Shown piece by piece: positions 11,891-23,610 of a stretch of 64,000 bases of DNA. The position numbers were made by a program, and so were the translations under genes. The notes under the pieces are model-generated. The model made no database searches. It was not told where the DNA came from and saw only the letters and a list, made by a program, of their open reading frames with translations. Every line of letters starts with the position of its first letter. The stretch's first letter is position 1. Origin of the DNA: Octopus sinensis (lineage: Eukaryota); NCBI RefSeq assembly GCF_006345805.1, contig NC_043000.1, positions 26,226,001-26,290,000 on the forward strand, given 5' to 3'.

Positions 11891-12743
11891 CTACCCCAGT
11901 ATTTGGCTGGGATTTTATTTTATTGATTCTAAGAGAAAGATTAAAGTTGACCTCGGCAGGGTTTGAACTTACAGATTTAAGAGATGGAACAAATACCGCA
12001 AAGTATGTTGTCAAGTGCTTTAACGCTTTTGCCAATCCACCATCCCAATCGAAGAACATTATAATATAATATAATATAATATAAATCATCAATATATAAA
12101 AAATAAAATATACAAGATAAAATAGCTTGCATTATGATAGACAAACTGAAAATGGCAACAGCTATACACACAGCACACCATGAAAGAAATAAGAAGATAA
12201 TGAACGTAGCATCCATATCCACATCCACAACCCTTACAACTTATGTAATGATAAGATAACCATAAATTAAATTAAATTAAGCTGACAGATACACACACAG
12301 CTCCCGCATCTTATCTGCTGAAGAAACCACCACCATAAATTAAAACCCAATGCAGTTGACAGAAAAATCAAAAAGGAAAATAACGTTTATCAAAAACAGA
12401 AACGCACAACCGTATATACATCACCACACCAACGCTCACCACACGTGATCACGACATCAAATACATGCTCACACATACTTACATATTCATGCATACTCTT
12501 ACACACCATACACTCCCCACGACTAATATATAAAGACCGAACGCTGAAAAATCAAACTGCCACTTTTGAAGAGGTTACATATGTACGTATAACGAAGGAG
12601 TTTGACGAATCAATTAATAAAGAAATGAAATACAGCCATTGCTAGTTTTATTGGGGCAGAATGACATTCCTAAAATACAGCAAATATCTGTTTCAATAAA
12701 CAGTTTCACTTCAAGAAGAAACTTCTTCCCTATTATCACATAA

Positions 12744-12806
<63 letters not shown>

Positions 12807-12874
12807 ATATATATATATATATTATATATAATATAATATATATATATATATAGATAGATATCTATATATATCTA

Positions 12875-12919
<45 letters not shown>

Positions 12920-12939
<20 letters not shown>

Positions 12940-13152
12940 GAGACCTCGTGAGTACCACTGGCGATTTTTTCCCTTTGTCTTCCCTTCTCGGGATCTTTCC
13001 TTCTCCTATGTTTCCGACGAAGAGCTCCGCTCGAAACGTTAAACCGTCCTTCTTCCCTTCTTTCCCGAGCGTCCAATAATACTTTATTTGTTCCACGTCC
13101 TCGCGTTGTTGTTTTTTTTGTTTTTTTGTGTGTTTTCTTGTTTGGATTAACT
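12920..13152 (+). mobile_element. Short hammerhead-carrying repeat between (TA)n tracts (Penelope pLTR-like)
   Basis: Contains the HHR motif at 13010-13044. Its 3' end (AATAATACTTTA..TTCCACGTCCT..GTTTGGATTAACT) recurs inverted at about 61165-61247. Confidence 0.6.
13010..13044 (+). ncRNA. Minimal type I hammerhead motif, U4C variant
   Basis: GUUU-CCGACGA-A-GAGC(UCC)GCUC-GAAAC-GUU-AAAC; palindromic AACGUU replaces stem-loop III. Confidence 0.6.
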
Positions 13153-13171
13153 GTATATATATATATATAGT

Positions 13172-13490
13172 GAGGGCGCGTGGGTTAGTGGTTAGGGCAT
13201 TCGGCTCATGATCATAAGGTTGTGAGTTCGATTCCCGGCGACGCGTTGTGTCCTTGAGCAAGACACTTTATTTCACGTTGCTCCAGTCCACTCAGCTGGC
13301 AAAAATGAGTTGTACTTGTATTTTAAAGGGTCAGCCTTGTCACTCTCTGTGTCACGCTGATTATCCCCGAGAACTACGTTAAGGGCACACGTGTCTGTGG
13401 AATGCTCAGCCATTTGCACGTTAATTTCACGAGCAAGCTGTTCCGTTGATCGTATCAGCTGGGACCCTCGTCGTCGTAACCGGCGGAGTC
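13172..13490 (+). mobile_element. SINE family C
   Basis: tRNA-like head (TGGGTTAGTGG..GAGTTCGATTCC), GTGTCCTTGAGCAAGACACTT block, tail CCCTCGTCGTCGTAACCG. Confidence 0.8.
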
Positions 13491-13499
13491 TTTTTTTTA

Positions 13500-13912
13500 A
13501 TATATATATAATATAAATTGAACATGACCGATCGTTGTATTCTTTCTTGCCTTGAGGTTCAGAGCCAAATGGCTGGGTGGATTCGCGTGAAAAATGGTAC
13601 ACATGTGGAGACAGGTGCATAGATTGGAATGCAGTTTGTATTTTTCCTACTCACCATACTTACCGAGAAAATCGATTAAAACGTTTTCTACTGGAATTTC
13701 CCTCTTTCTTCTGCCATTAAAACAACCAGTTGCTCAGAAGCTGTTTTCTGACGGGGTGGAATCAGGAAATTTTCATATAGCTGGAGGCTGCAACCGAAAC
13801 AGGGGATCCGAAATGCTAAGGTTGAGAAACGCTGTTATAGATTATGCCTAAGAGAAAACGATCACAGCCACATCATCCAAACAGACCGGGTGAAACCGGG
13901 CTTAGCTGCTAG
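13500..13912 (+). mobile_element. Non-autonomous Helitron-like element (5' end uncertain)
   Basis: 3' CCGGGTGAAACCGGG..GCTGCTAG|T at 13886-13913 resembles the other Helitron 3' ends in this window. Confidence 0.45.
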
Positions 13913-13916
13913 TATA

Positions 13917-13955
<39 letters not shown>

Positions 13956-13957
13956 TT

Positions 13958-14676
13958 TCTAAGTGCATATTGCCAATTTGGTAATAAAATGTAAACGGCT
14001 AGCTGCATGGATCCGCCGAACTTTCAGAACAAGAGAGGAGATTCTGATGGTCCTTTGGAGGACATTCGTCCTCAGACGCTTGGACTACTGCTCCCAACTA
14101 TGGTCACCACACAATATAAAGTTAACAGCAGGACTCGAAGCAATCCAACGAAGCTACACTAAGAAGATCGTCTCAATGCAACATATTAGCTACTGGGAAA
14201 AACTGAAAGTATTAAAACTCTTCTCTCTGGAGCGAAGGCGGGAGAGATATGTAGTGATATACATCTGGAAAATTCTGGAGGATATTGTCCCAAATTTTGG
14301 CATTGAAAGTTACCCTAACAGCAGAACGGGGCACCACTGAATGGTGCCAAAGATCCCAACATCACATTAAAATACAGGACCAGATACTGCAACAGCTTGG
14401 GTTTAAGGGGACCACAGCTCTTCAATATCGTTCCTAAATGCCTGAGTGTGGTGTGGGTTTCTTTGAAACTAAACTCAGTCTCTTCTTGTCAGGGGTATCA
14501 GATGAACCTTCCTCTCGGCAGGAAACACTGATGCGGGCAGCGGCGTCGAACTCGCTTGTTGACTAAGTGCCACGTATCAGAGGGGGTTTCACATACTAGT
14601 GTAGCACAATCAACGGTGGTGCCCCAGCATGACCGCAGCTTCCGGGCTGAAACATTTTTAAGGATTTAAGGATTTA
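13958..14676 (+). mobile_element. CR1-like LINE 3' fragment (RT C-terminus plus 3' UTR)
   Basis: RLDYCSQLWSP..LEAIQRSYTKKI..SYWEKLKVLKLFSLERRRERY..YIWKI; later GPQLFNI, DEP, RAAASNSL; tail with (AAGGATTT)n. Confidence 0.85.
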
Positions 14677-14759
14677 TGTATATATATATATGCACACACA
14701 CACACATATACATATATATATGTGCGTGACTGTGTGTCTGTGAGTCTGTGTTTGTGTAT

Positions 14760-14910
14760 CTGTGTTTATTCCCCAACATCGCTTGACAACCGATGGAATA
14801 AGTACAAGGCTTACAAAGAATAAGTCCTGGTGTCAATTTGCTCGACTAAATGCGGTACTCCAGCATGGCCGCAGCCAAATGACTGAAACAAGTAAAAAGA
14901 ATAAAAAGAA
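14760..14910 (+). mobile_element. SINE family A, 3' part
   Basis: AAGAATAAGTCCTGG..GCGGTACTCCAGCATGGCCGCAG..GACTGAAACAAGTAAAAAG. Confidence 0.75.
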
Positions 14911-15068
14911 AGAAGAAAAGAATATGTGTATGTACGTGTGTGTGTGTGTGTGTGTGTAAGATGAAATCAAATTATTAATTATAGAAATTTGAGCGATGGC
15001 CTCTCGCATGGATTCGCGCATGCTTTGCAAAGAAACAATGCTTGATCCCACTGTTAATTTTTACTCAT

Positions 15069-15100
<32 letters not shown>

Positions 15101-15829
15101 AGAAAAGGAAAGTAATTGGAAGGACTTATTGATAGAAATAGTCAAGGTGGTGCTCGTGCGTACAGTGAACCACTGGGTGTGAGGGGGTAAACCTGTGAGG
15201 GCAACTTGTCTAGGAAAAGCTCCTTTTGAATCATAACTTGGCACATCTTTGAAGATTTGGTCTTAGGGATTCGCATGGATTCGCACATTACAAAGTTTGA
15301 TCCCGCTGTAAATTTCTGCTCATACCCACAAGAAAAAGAAGAGCAAAGAAATTGGAAGGAATATTTATAGAAATAGTCAAGGTGCTACACGGACGTACTG
15401 TGAACCACTGGGTCTGAGGGGTAGACTTGTGAGGGCAACTTGTCTAGGAAAAGCTCCTTTTGAATTACAACTTGGCAGGTCTTTATAAGATTTGATCTGC
15501 AACCATTGCTCAACGATTGTAGGACTTTTTTTTTCATTTGATGATTCAGCGTTTGGCCAAATAAAGACAGTGTTGAGGATGCGCAAGCCATCTGTTTCGT
15601 TTATTATAGATATTTTAGAAGACGGAAAGTTGGTAGAACGTGGGGAAAATGCTTTGCGTATATCTTCGGATTCTACGCTCTGAGTTCATATCTTACTGAG
15701 GTCAGCTTCGCTTGTCATCCTTACCGAGTCGATAAAATAAAACTACCGATCAAATACTGGGATACCACAGCTCAGAATTGCTGGCGTTGCGCTTAACTAA
15801 GCAAAGTTAGGGTCATCCTCGGTATTATC

Positions 15830-16165
15830 ACAGAGCTGTTCTTTGTTAACATGGAGGAGACCACCTTCGGTCATGAATGACTATGAGATTGCACCTAGAA
15901 AAGTTACCCTCCGAGGCACAAGTCCTGGCAAGGTTGTTTGTGGAAGGCCAGCATTCGCCCATGCATACCGGTCTCCCCTCTCCACACCACTGATGTTATC
16001 AAAGGGAAAGACAAAGGCTGATAAAGCTTGCCACCAGTGATGTTGCAACTCATTTCTACAGCTTAAGTGTCTTACTTAAGAACACAACACGCAGCCCGGT
16101 CCGGGAATCGAACTCACAACCTCACGATCGTAAGCTCGACGCTCTAACCACTGAGCCATGCACCT
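15830..16165 (-). mobile_element. SINE family E (tRNA-like head, distinct body)
   Basis: Head on the minus strand TGGCTCAGTGGTTAGAGCGTCGAGCTTACGATCGTGAGGTTGTGAGTTCGATTCCC. Confidence 0.6.
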
Positions 16166-16351
16166 TCACTTTGTTAATATGAACGTTTCACTTTACTGCG
16201 TCGAACTTTACATTACTTGACTATTTTTTTAACGATCACTTTTGATCGAATTTCTACCCCCTTTTTTCCTTCTCTTCCCAAAAAGAAAAGGTCTACTTTA
16301 CATTTTGTCGTCTCTGTGTTCAGCCCTGTGTGGCCAATAAAGAAACATAAT

Positions 16352-16744
16352 TCTCTTTTACTCTTTACTCTTTTACTTCTTTCAGTCATTTGACTGTGGC
16401 CATGCTTTAGTCGAGCAAATCGACCCCAGGACTTATTCTGTGTAAGCCTGGTACTTATTCTATCGGTCTCTAAGTTACGAGGACGTAAACACACCAGCAT
16501 CGGTTGTAAAACGATGTTGGGGGGGACAACTACAAATACACAAACATACACACACACATACATATATATATACATATATATGACGGGCTTCTTTCAGTTT
16601 CCGTCTACCAAATCCACTCACAAGGCTTTGGTCGGCCCGAGACTATAGTAGAAGACACTTGCCCAAGGTGCCACGCAGTGGGACTGAACCCAGAACCATG
16701 TGGTTGGTAAACAAGCTACTTACCACACAGCCACTCCTACGCCT
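16352..16744 (-). mobile_element. SINE family A, near full length
   Basis: High similarity to 10083-10494. Confidence 0.85.
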
Positions 16745-17102
16745 AAATGCTCACATTACTTGTCTAATTGTTAATATGGCCGTTTCACTTCACTGTGTCG
16801 AACTTCACATTACTTGACTAATATTGTGAATAATATTCAACTGAGATGAGAGTTCATTTTTATTTTGCGGTTCATTTATAACCATCAGGGATTATTCGGC
16901 AACACGTCCCTATCCTAGACATGTTAGTGTGGGCCCTGAAGAGAGCTCTCTCTTCTCTGTAAAAAGAACGTGTCAATAGAATCGGCTTGTTTGGAGATGC
17001 AGGCATGCATACATAGAGATACAGAGATATGTATCTGTAGAATATCGCAACCCTAGCAGCGCCTTGTGCGCTTTTGGTGGTACGCGTCTCATTGTGTCGG
17101 CA

Positions 17103-17134
<32 letters not shown>

Positions 17135-17298
17135 TATATATATATATTTGGCGTTTGCTGGGTGTTTTTCTTGAGAACACACTCTTTGTGGCAAGGCGAT
17201 TATAGGAATCCACTTTAGTGGTCATTCCTCTTATTAATTGTAATTATACACACACACACGGACACATATGCTATATATATAATATATGTCTATCTATC

Positions 17299-17360
<62 letters not shown>

Positions 17361-17363
17361 AAT

Positions 17364-17394
<31 letters not shown>

Positions 17395-17607
17395 ATTATA
17401 TATACCATTTTTATATCTTGCATAATGTGGATATACTATCGAAGGCCTATTCGTCTCGAGAAAGCTTCTTGCATAGACGTATAGTGCTAAAAAGCACAGA
17501 AGTGCATTAGTAGCAGACGGAAGACGCTGGAAGTTTTTCAGCTGCAACTGAAGTGGCTGGGTGTAGAGATGGATATGTATACCACTATGTGAATCTGTAT
17601 ACTTATT

Positions 17608-17837
17608 TCTTTATTACCCACAAGGGGCTAAACACAGAGGGGACAAACAAGGACAGACATAGGTATTAAGTCGATTACATCGACCCCAGTGCGTAACTGG
17701 TACTTAATTTATCGACCCCCGAAAGGATGAAAGGCAAAGTCGACCTCGGCGGAATTTGAACTCAGAACGTAGCAGCAGACGAAATACTACTAAGCATTTC
17801 GCCCAGGGTGCTAACGTTTCTACCATCTCGCCGCCTT
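17608..17837 (-). mobile_element. SINE family B, full length
   Basis: Head GGCGGCGAG..AGAAACGTTAGCAC; central TTGCCTTTCATCCTTTCGGGG..CGATAAATTAAGTACCAG (Nin-domain-like, inferred); tail TTAGCCCCTTGTGGGTAATAAAGAAAT. Confidence 0.85.
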
Positions 17838-19269
17838 ACACCCAAGAAATATAATATGAACTGAAAGTAACGCAGACGAAATACCGCTAAGCATTTCGCC
17901 CGGCGTGCCAACGTTTCTGCCAGCTCGCCGGTGTGAGACATTATGTCGAGGTGCGTGACCTAAGTTCAAAGTTAACCTAGCCATTCGATAAACAGAGTCG
18001 ATAAAATAAGTACAAAATTTAGGTAAGTACAGGAGTACTATATTCATTTCTTTACTGCCCACAAGGGGAATACTATATTATCGAATTAAGAGTCCTTGAA
18101 AGCGGTGCCCCAGTATGTTTCGCAGTCTGAAGAATGGAAATTATAAAATGACATAAGAACAGCGTTTGTACTAAACTTAAAAATTAACATCAAATTATTA
18201 TTGTATTTGGAATGTTTGTGCTTTAGTTTGATTTCGAATCCAATTCTAATATCGATAGCAAATGGAGGCTAGCGTAGCTTTAAGTGTTCTTCATTTTATA
18301 ATTGCACACCTGAGCTTTTATAAACCACGCCCACTCACCATTCTTTGTAAACTCATGGAGGAGATGGCAGGAAGAACATAGTAATATCTAAGATTTGATG
18401 TTTAATAATAATTTTCATTGTTGTTTCCACATTTACTGCTCGCATTTCACGTCCAGGGCTTGTATAACTGATTACAAAAGGAGAAAAAAGACGAAAAAAA
18501 AAAGGAAAAATAAAAATGCGGTATATATAAAAGATACTCGATTAATTTCTTCCCTTTTCATTCGATTTCTGGAAAAACTGATTTTATCTTTGTTGTTGTG
18601 AATGATATGTAACATGATTAACATTATCTTTGTGCAATATTTTCTATTGTTTGCCGAATGCAATTATCTATCTCTTTACGATCCAAAGATTAATCTCTCA
18701 GCGTTTCAATTATCCACAACGAGGCTCATGTTTATATGTGACAATTCAGTTGGATAATTTTCTTTTGTACACTGTAGTCTATAAACTATCAAGTGTCATC
18801 TTGTTATGATATGTATGAAAGTGATCCATTATTATGAATTACATTAAAATCAATTTTCTATTGTTCAATGAAGACAATTAACAATAGCCATAGCTGTTTT
18901 ATACTATTTATAAGTTATGATATTCTCTGAATTTTCTGGAAGATTGTTGTGGCCTGAATTGACAACAGTAGTTGCAAGAAAAATGGCGGCAGTGACCGGG
19001 AAGTGTTTTATACAAAATAACTCGTAAGTCAATAATTATTTCTTCAGTTATCAAAGAAATTAATCTTGCAGCAATATATCTACTAAGATATAAATATTGT
19101 TCTGAAATCTTTACAGACAAACAAATCTATACAAGAGAAATTTTTCCTAGCAATACTAAACAATTTTTTGCCGTTTCTATTTTCGCAATTCTTTCTACAA
19201 AACTGTATAATTACATTTGTATATTTGTTTTGCAAGATTTTTTATGTGAAATCGTGTGTTGAAACAGAT

Positions 19270-19586
19270 ATTGATGTACTTAGGAACGGTCATTTTGCCA
19301 GTTTAGTCAATAGACAGAGGTATACGCATAGCAAATGAAGACGCATACAATAGGAATACAAAATACAAAATGGCTGACCGTTAGTAAGGAGAGACACACA
19401 AATAAGAAAGAAGAAAGCAAAGGGCCACTGATGAGGTCACAGAAGTGTGACGAAAGAACTCTGGCCGAAATACGATTAAGATTAATGTAAAAAATAAATA
19501 ACGCTGAAGCAAAGTAACACCAAATATATAGTACGTGTGTTTTTATTGACTAAACTGGCAAAATGACCATTCCTAAATACAACAAT
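19270..19586 (+). mobile_element. 317-bp element with 43-bp terminal inverted repeats enclosing a hammerhead
   Basis: Arms 19270-19312 and 19544-19586 (3 mismatches); HHR at 19423-19466. Confidence 0.75.
19423..19466 (+). ncRNA. Minimal type I hammerhead ribozyme motif
   Basis: GGCCA-CUGAUGA-G-GUCACA(GAAG)UGUGAC-GAAA-GAACUC-UGGCC; CUC triplet, predicted cut after 19461. Confidence 0.8.
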
Positions 19587-21476
19587 GTTTGTATAATTTT
19601 GCAAAAGAAAACATACGAACCTTATAATAGGAATGTGTTTACAAGAAATATTCATATGACTATAATGGTTGGTAAACTCGTTTAAAACCTACAATTGTGT
19701 TTTCTGTTGCTCCTGTTTTCTGTAGTATTGTTTCGTTGGTTAATTTTCCAATCAGATTAGACAAGTAGAGTTAAATATTTTGACAAAAGATGAATATACC
19801 TTTTGTGACAATCGATTTTCATTATTCACATAGTAAACATCCATAATACCGTTTAACACTTGACTGCACTTTATAAGATTCAAAGATCAAGAATCTTCCC
19901 TACTTCCTTTATTGTTTACATTGTGTTTTTATATTTAAACGAATAAAAAAAGGCTTCAAATTTCCATTTCTTATTATTCCTTCATACAGGAGTGACCATT
20001 TCTATGACTTCCATGACTCTTTTACCTTCCTGTATTATCAATGGATTATAATAAATTGTCAACGTAGCAGAATCTATTCTTTATGTGAGTTCTTCATGTC
20101 AATCGCTTTGATGATAATGGGATTTCTCCTTTTTTTGTGGCAAACTAGGGCCATTCCAATCGTTTAAAGTTCTACACGATATGTTTCAGCCGGGCCCTTA
20201 CCTTACACCAGGAAAGATGTTGCAATATTGTACATCAGATCATGTGGATATCACACAGTCAACGACAGCAATACAGAGCTGAGATATTCGTGAAATTAAT
20301 CTAAACAGTTTCAGAACCAGAAACTGTATCATTGAACAAAGAGTACAAACTAAAGAAAAATACTTGTAGGGGAGACAATTCCTATTTAATGCATTTAATA
20401 AACAAGCGAATAAGCGAATAGATTCTTATGTGATTAGATGCACACGTTTGGGTGTATGCGACAATCTTCATTGGCTGTAACTCAACTAAATTAGCTTTAA
20501 GAGCTGAGTCTGCGAGATAAAAAAAATTCCTGCATGATGGTCCACAGGACATAAGTCTTTTACTCTAGCTAATATATGTCACAGGCATTCCTGCCTTCAT
20601 TCAACCTGTTCAACAGGTGTATTTCCATAATCTTAATTATATAGGGCTTAGTAAGAAGAACAAGGATAGACTTTCCGAGATTAATGAGTAGTAGGAACTT
20701 AGAACTTAGTCTGAATGTCTGCAATAGGGTGAACTCTGGTAAAGACACCCAATGACACCGGGTTGGTGTTAAACTATGGTGTTAACGAATTTATTTTAGA
20801 ATGCGAGTATATATTTATTTTATGTACAAAATCGTAATTTTAACGGTTTTCAGTTACAAAATGGTTTCGTTTTTACAATGGTTTGTATCAAATTCTCTGA
20901 GTAAAATAGTCCTGATAAAAAAAAAAAAAAATACTTCTAATGTCTTGCTAACGTCTGCATATAACTCCGTCCTTTGCAGAAATGTAATTTCTGGTTATTC
21001 AAAACGATAATCTAATTCTCTTAAATACGATGGGTTAGTTTATTTCAAACAATATAGCGCGAGTGTGAATACAGCGTCTTGGTTGATAAACGCCCTTAAA
21101 TGCCATATTCCTGATTAGAGCGATAGGCGATAAACAAGAACAGTTTAGATGCAATACGTATTAATGCTTAACCGTATTATCAGGGTAGATAAATTCATAG
21201 GTAGGTATAAATAAAAGAACCTTAATTAGTAAATAATTTCGAAATGAGCTTCGTTACTGGGTGCGCTGTTATTGCTCAGCGAATGCCTTCAGACTGAACA
21301 CCCCTCATTAGACTAAATGTTTGTGTAGCTTGGTGGTTAGGTTCTATAACTGTTCTGAGAGAGAATATGTTTCCTGCCGTGTTTCAAACTCACCTCGGTG
21401 GTTCATCGTAGGTTTAAACATCCTAATAAAATGTGTTTCGGTTAACCGGTGGTTTATCGCATGTTTAACCTCCATG

Positions 21477-21820
21477 AAGGCGCGTGGATTAGAGGTAAGG
21501 GTATTTGGTTCACGATCGTAAGGTTGTAAAGGTATTCGGATCATGATCGTGAGTTCAATTCCCGGCGACACGTTGTGTCCTTGAGCAAGACACTTTATTT
21601 CATGTTGCTCCAGTCCACCCAGATGGCACAAATGAGTAGTACCTGTATTTCAAAAGGCCAGCCATGTCACACTTTGTATCATGCTGAATCTCCCTGAGGA
21701 CTACGTTAAGGGTACACGTGTTCGTGGAGTGCTCAGTCACATGCACGCTAATTTCACGAGCAGGGTGTTCCGTCGGTCAGATCAACTAGAATCCTCGCCG
21801 TCGTAACCGACGGAGGGCCA
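21477..21820 (+). mobile_element. SINE family C
   Basis: Similar to 13172-13490, with a duplicated GATCGT segment in the head. Confidence 0.8.
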
Positions 21821-22319
21821 GTTGCATTCATATAGTTAATCTCCATTAACATCTTAGTTGATCTTTTTGCTCTACACGAGTTTCAATGCTATAACACTGT
21901 CTTACGGTTTGTGGTTTTGAAAAAATAACGTGTTCTAGGAGTCTTTGGCAGAGTTGGCTGTTGATCCGAAATACGTAGCTCAGCATTTACGTGCGGGACA
22001 TAATTAATTTGGCCTGCTTGATTTGTATGACAATGCAAGCATTGATATTATGCAATCACACTGTACATTACATCTAATGATTAATTAATGTGCATTATCA
22101 ATGGCTGCACAGTCAAGCAAATTAAGCTTAGTTCGAGCATGTGTAAACTGTAAAGAGCTATAAGCTGCCGTTCTGTCTGCGAACATTAAGAAACGATCGA
22201 TCTTTGATGGGGCGTCAGTAAGCGTTGAAATTTACCAGTTCGATCTCCTGTTCAGGCAACAGAACAAAAATATCTGTCATTTAACTACAGATGGCTACTT
22301 TCATGACGTGTCAAATATA

Positions 22320-22697
22320 TCTTTATATATAAAAGTAAGGTTGTGTGTCTATCTACTCCGATTTAGATTCCTAACTACTCCCACATTTTGCGGTGCAGTT
22401 TAACCAAAACCGGGTATCTTGAGCCCTTCTGGGTATTAGCGCGCGTCTACGATGAGTCTACGATTTTAAAAATAATTTACCATAATTTTTTACCATTTTA
22501 ATGCATTTTTTCGCTATTATATAAGGGAAGTAACTCTCTAAAAATGTCTACGATGAGTCAACGATTTAAAAAAAATTTACCATCATATTTTTTCCATTTT
22601 TAATGCATTTTTTTGCTATTTTTTGGCTATAACTCTCTAAAAATGCTTTATAGTTATTTCCCTTACAAACCCGAGCAACGCCGGGCGATACTGCTAG
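22320..22697 (+). mobile_element. Non-autonomous Helitron
   Basis: A|TCTTTATATATAAAAG ... ACAAACCCGAGCAACGCCGGGCGATACTGCTAG|T; internal GTCTACGATGAGTC repeats. Confidence 0.85.
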
Positions 22698-22714
22698 TTC
22701 ATATATATTTTAAA

Positions 22715-22890
22715 TATAGAAAGCGGTGCTGAAAAGTTCCTGGCTTTGGGTAAAAGAAAGTACAGGAGGATCAGCTAATTATGATTTTATTCAGCATGTT
22801 CCCCTCTCAGGTTCACACACTTATTGCAGTGGTCCTTCAGTTTTACTAAGCCCTGTATAAAAGAACTTGGATGGTTGACCTCCAACCAGG
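22715..22890 (-). mobile_element. mariner 3' end fragment
   Basis: KAWLEVNHPSSFIQGLVKLKDHCNKCVNLRGEHAE* resembles the mariner C-terminus; TIR-like GGTGCTGAAAAGTTCC nearby. Confidence 0.7.
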
Positions 22891-22944
22891 CCTTTTGTAC
22901 ATCTATATGTATGCATAGAAGTATACATATATGTGTACACACAC

Positions 22945-22983
<39 letters not shown>

Positions 22984-23029
22984 CGCGCACGCACGCATGC
23001 ACGCACGCACACACACATACATATACTCT

Positions 23030-23220
23030 TTTATACTTTTACTCGTTTCAGTCATTTGACTGCAGCCATGTTGGGGAACCGCCTTGAGGAAATTTTTAGT
23101 TGAACGAATCGACCACAGTACATATTCTATCGTTTTTCTTTGCCGAACCGCTATGTTACGATAATGTAAGCACACCAACACCGGTTGTCAAGCGGTCGTA
23201 GTGACAAACAAGACACGAGG
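23030..23220 (-). mobile_element. SINE family A, 3' half
   Basis: GTTTCAGTCATTTGACTGCAGCCATG tail. Confidence 0.7.
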
Positions 23221-23532
23221 ACACACATACATGTATGTATGTATGTATGTATGTATGTATGTATGTATGTATGTAGTATGTATGTATGTATGTATGTATT
23301 ATGTATGTATCAGTTTTTGGCGATAAGGACCTGTCTCATGTAGTATTGTTTTGTAGGCTAATTTTCCAATCAGATTAGACAAGTAGAGTTAAATATTTTG
23401 ACAAAAGATGAATATACCTTTTGTGACAATCGATTCAATTATTCACATAGTAAACATTTATAATACAGTTTGACACGTGACTGTACTTTATGAGACTCAA
23501 AGGTCAAGAATCTTCCCTACTTTCTTTATTGT

Positions 23533-23610
23533 TACCTCCGCCTTAGCGAAGGCGGAGGTATTGTATTCAGTCGTGTTTGCTTGTTTGCTTGTTTGTCCGT
23601 GGACGAGATA
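23533..23610 (+). mobile_element. Helentron/HINE-like terminus fragment
   Basis: Palindrome TACCTCCGCCTT-AGCG-AAGGCGGAGGTA followed by a GTTT-type microsatellite, inserted after TT; DINE-1/HINE-like architecture (inferred). Confidence 0.5.

Noticed and set aside
16872-17225. 117-aa ORF with a poly-Asp run
   Set aside because: The run is an (ATC)n microsatellite; no domain or splice support.
21370-21450. Two related minus-strand motifs CGAT(G/A)AACCACCG..GAAACAC
   Set aside because: No convincing stem I, stem II or cleavage triplet.
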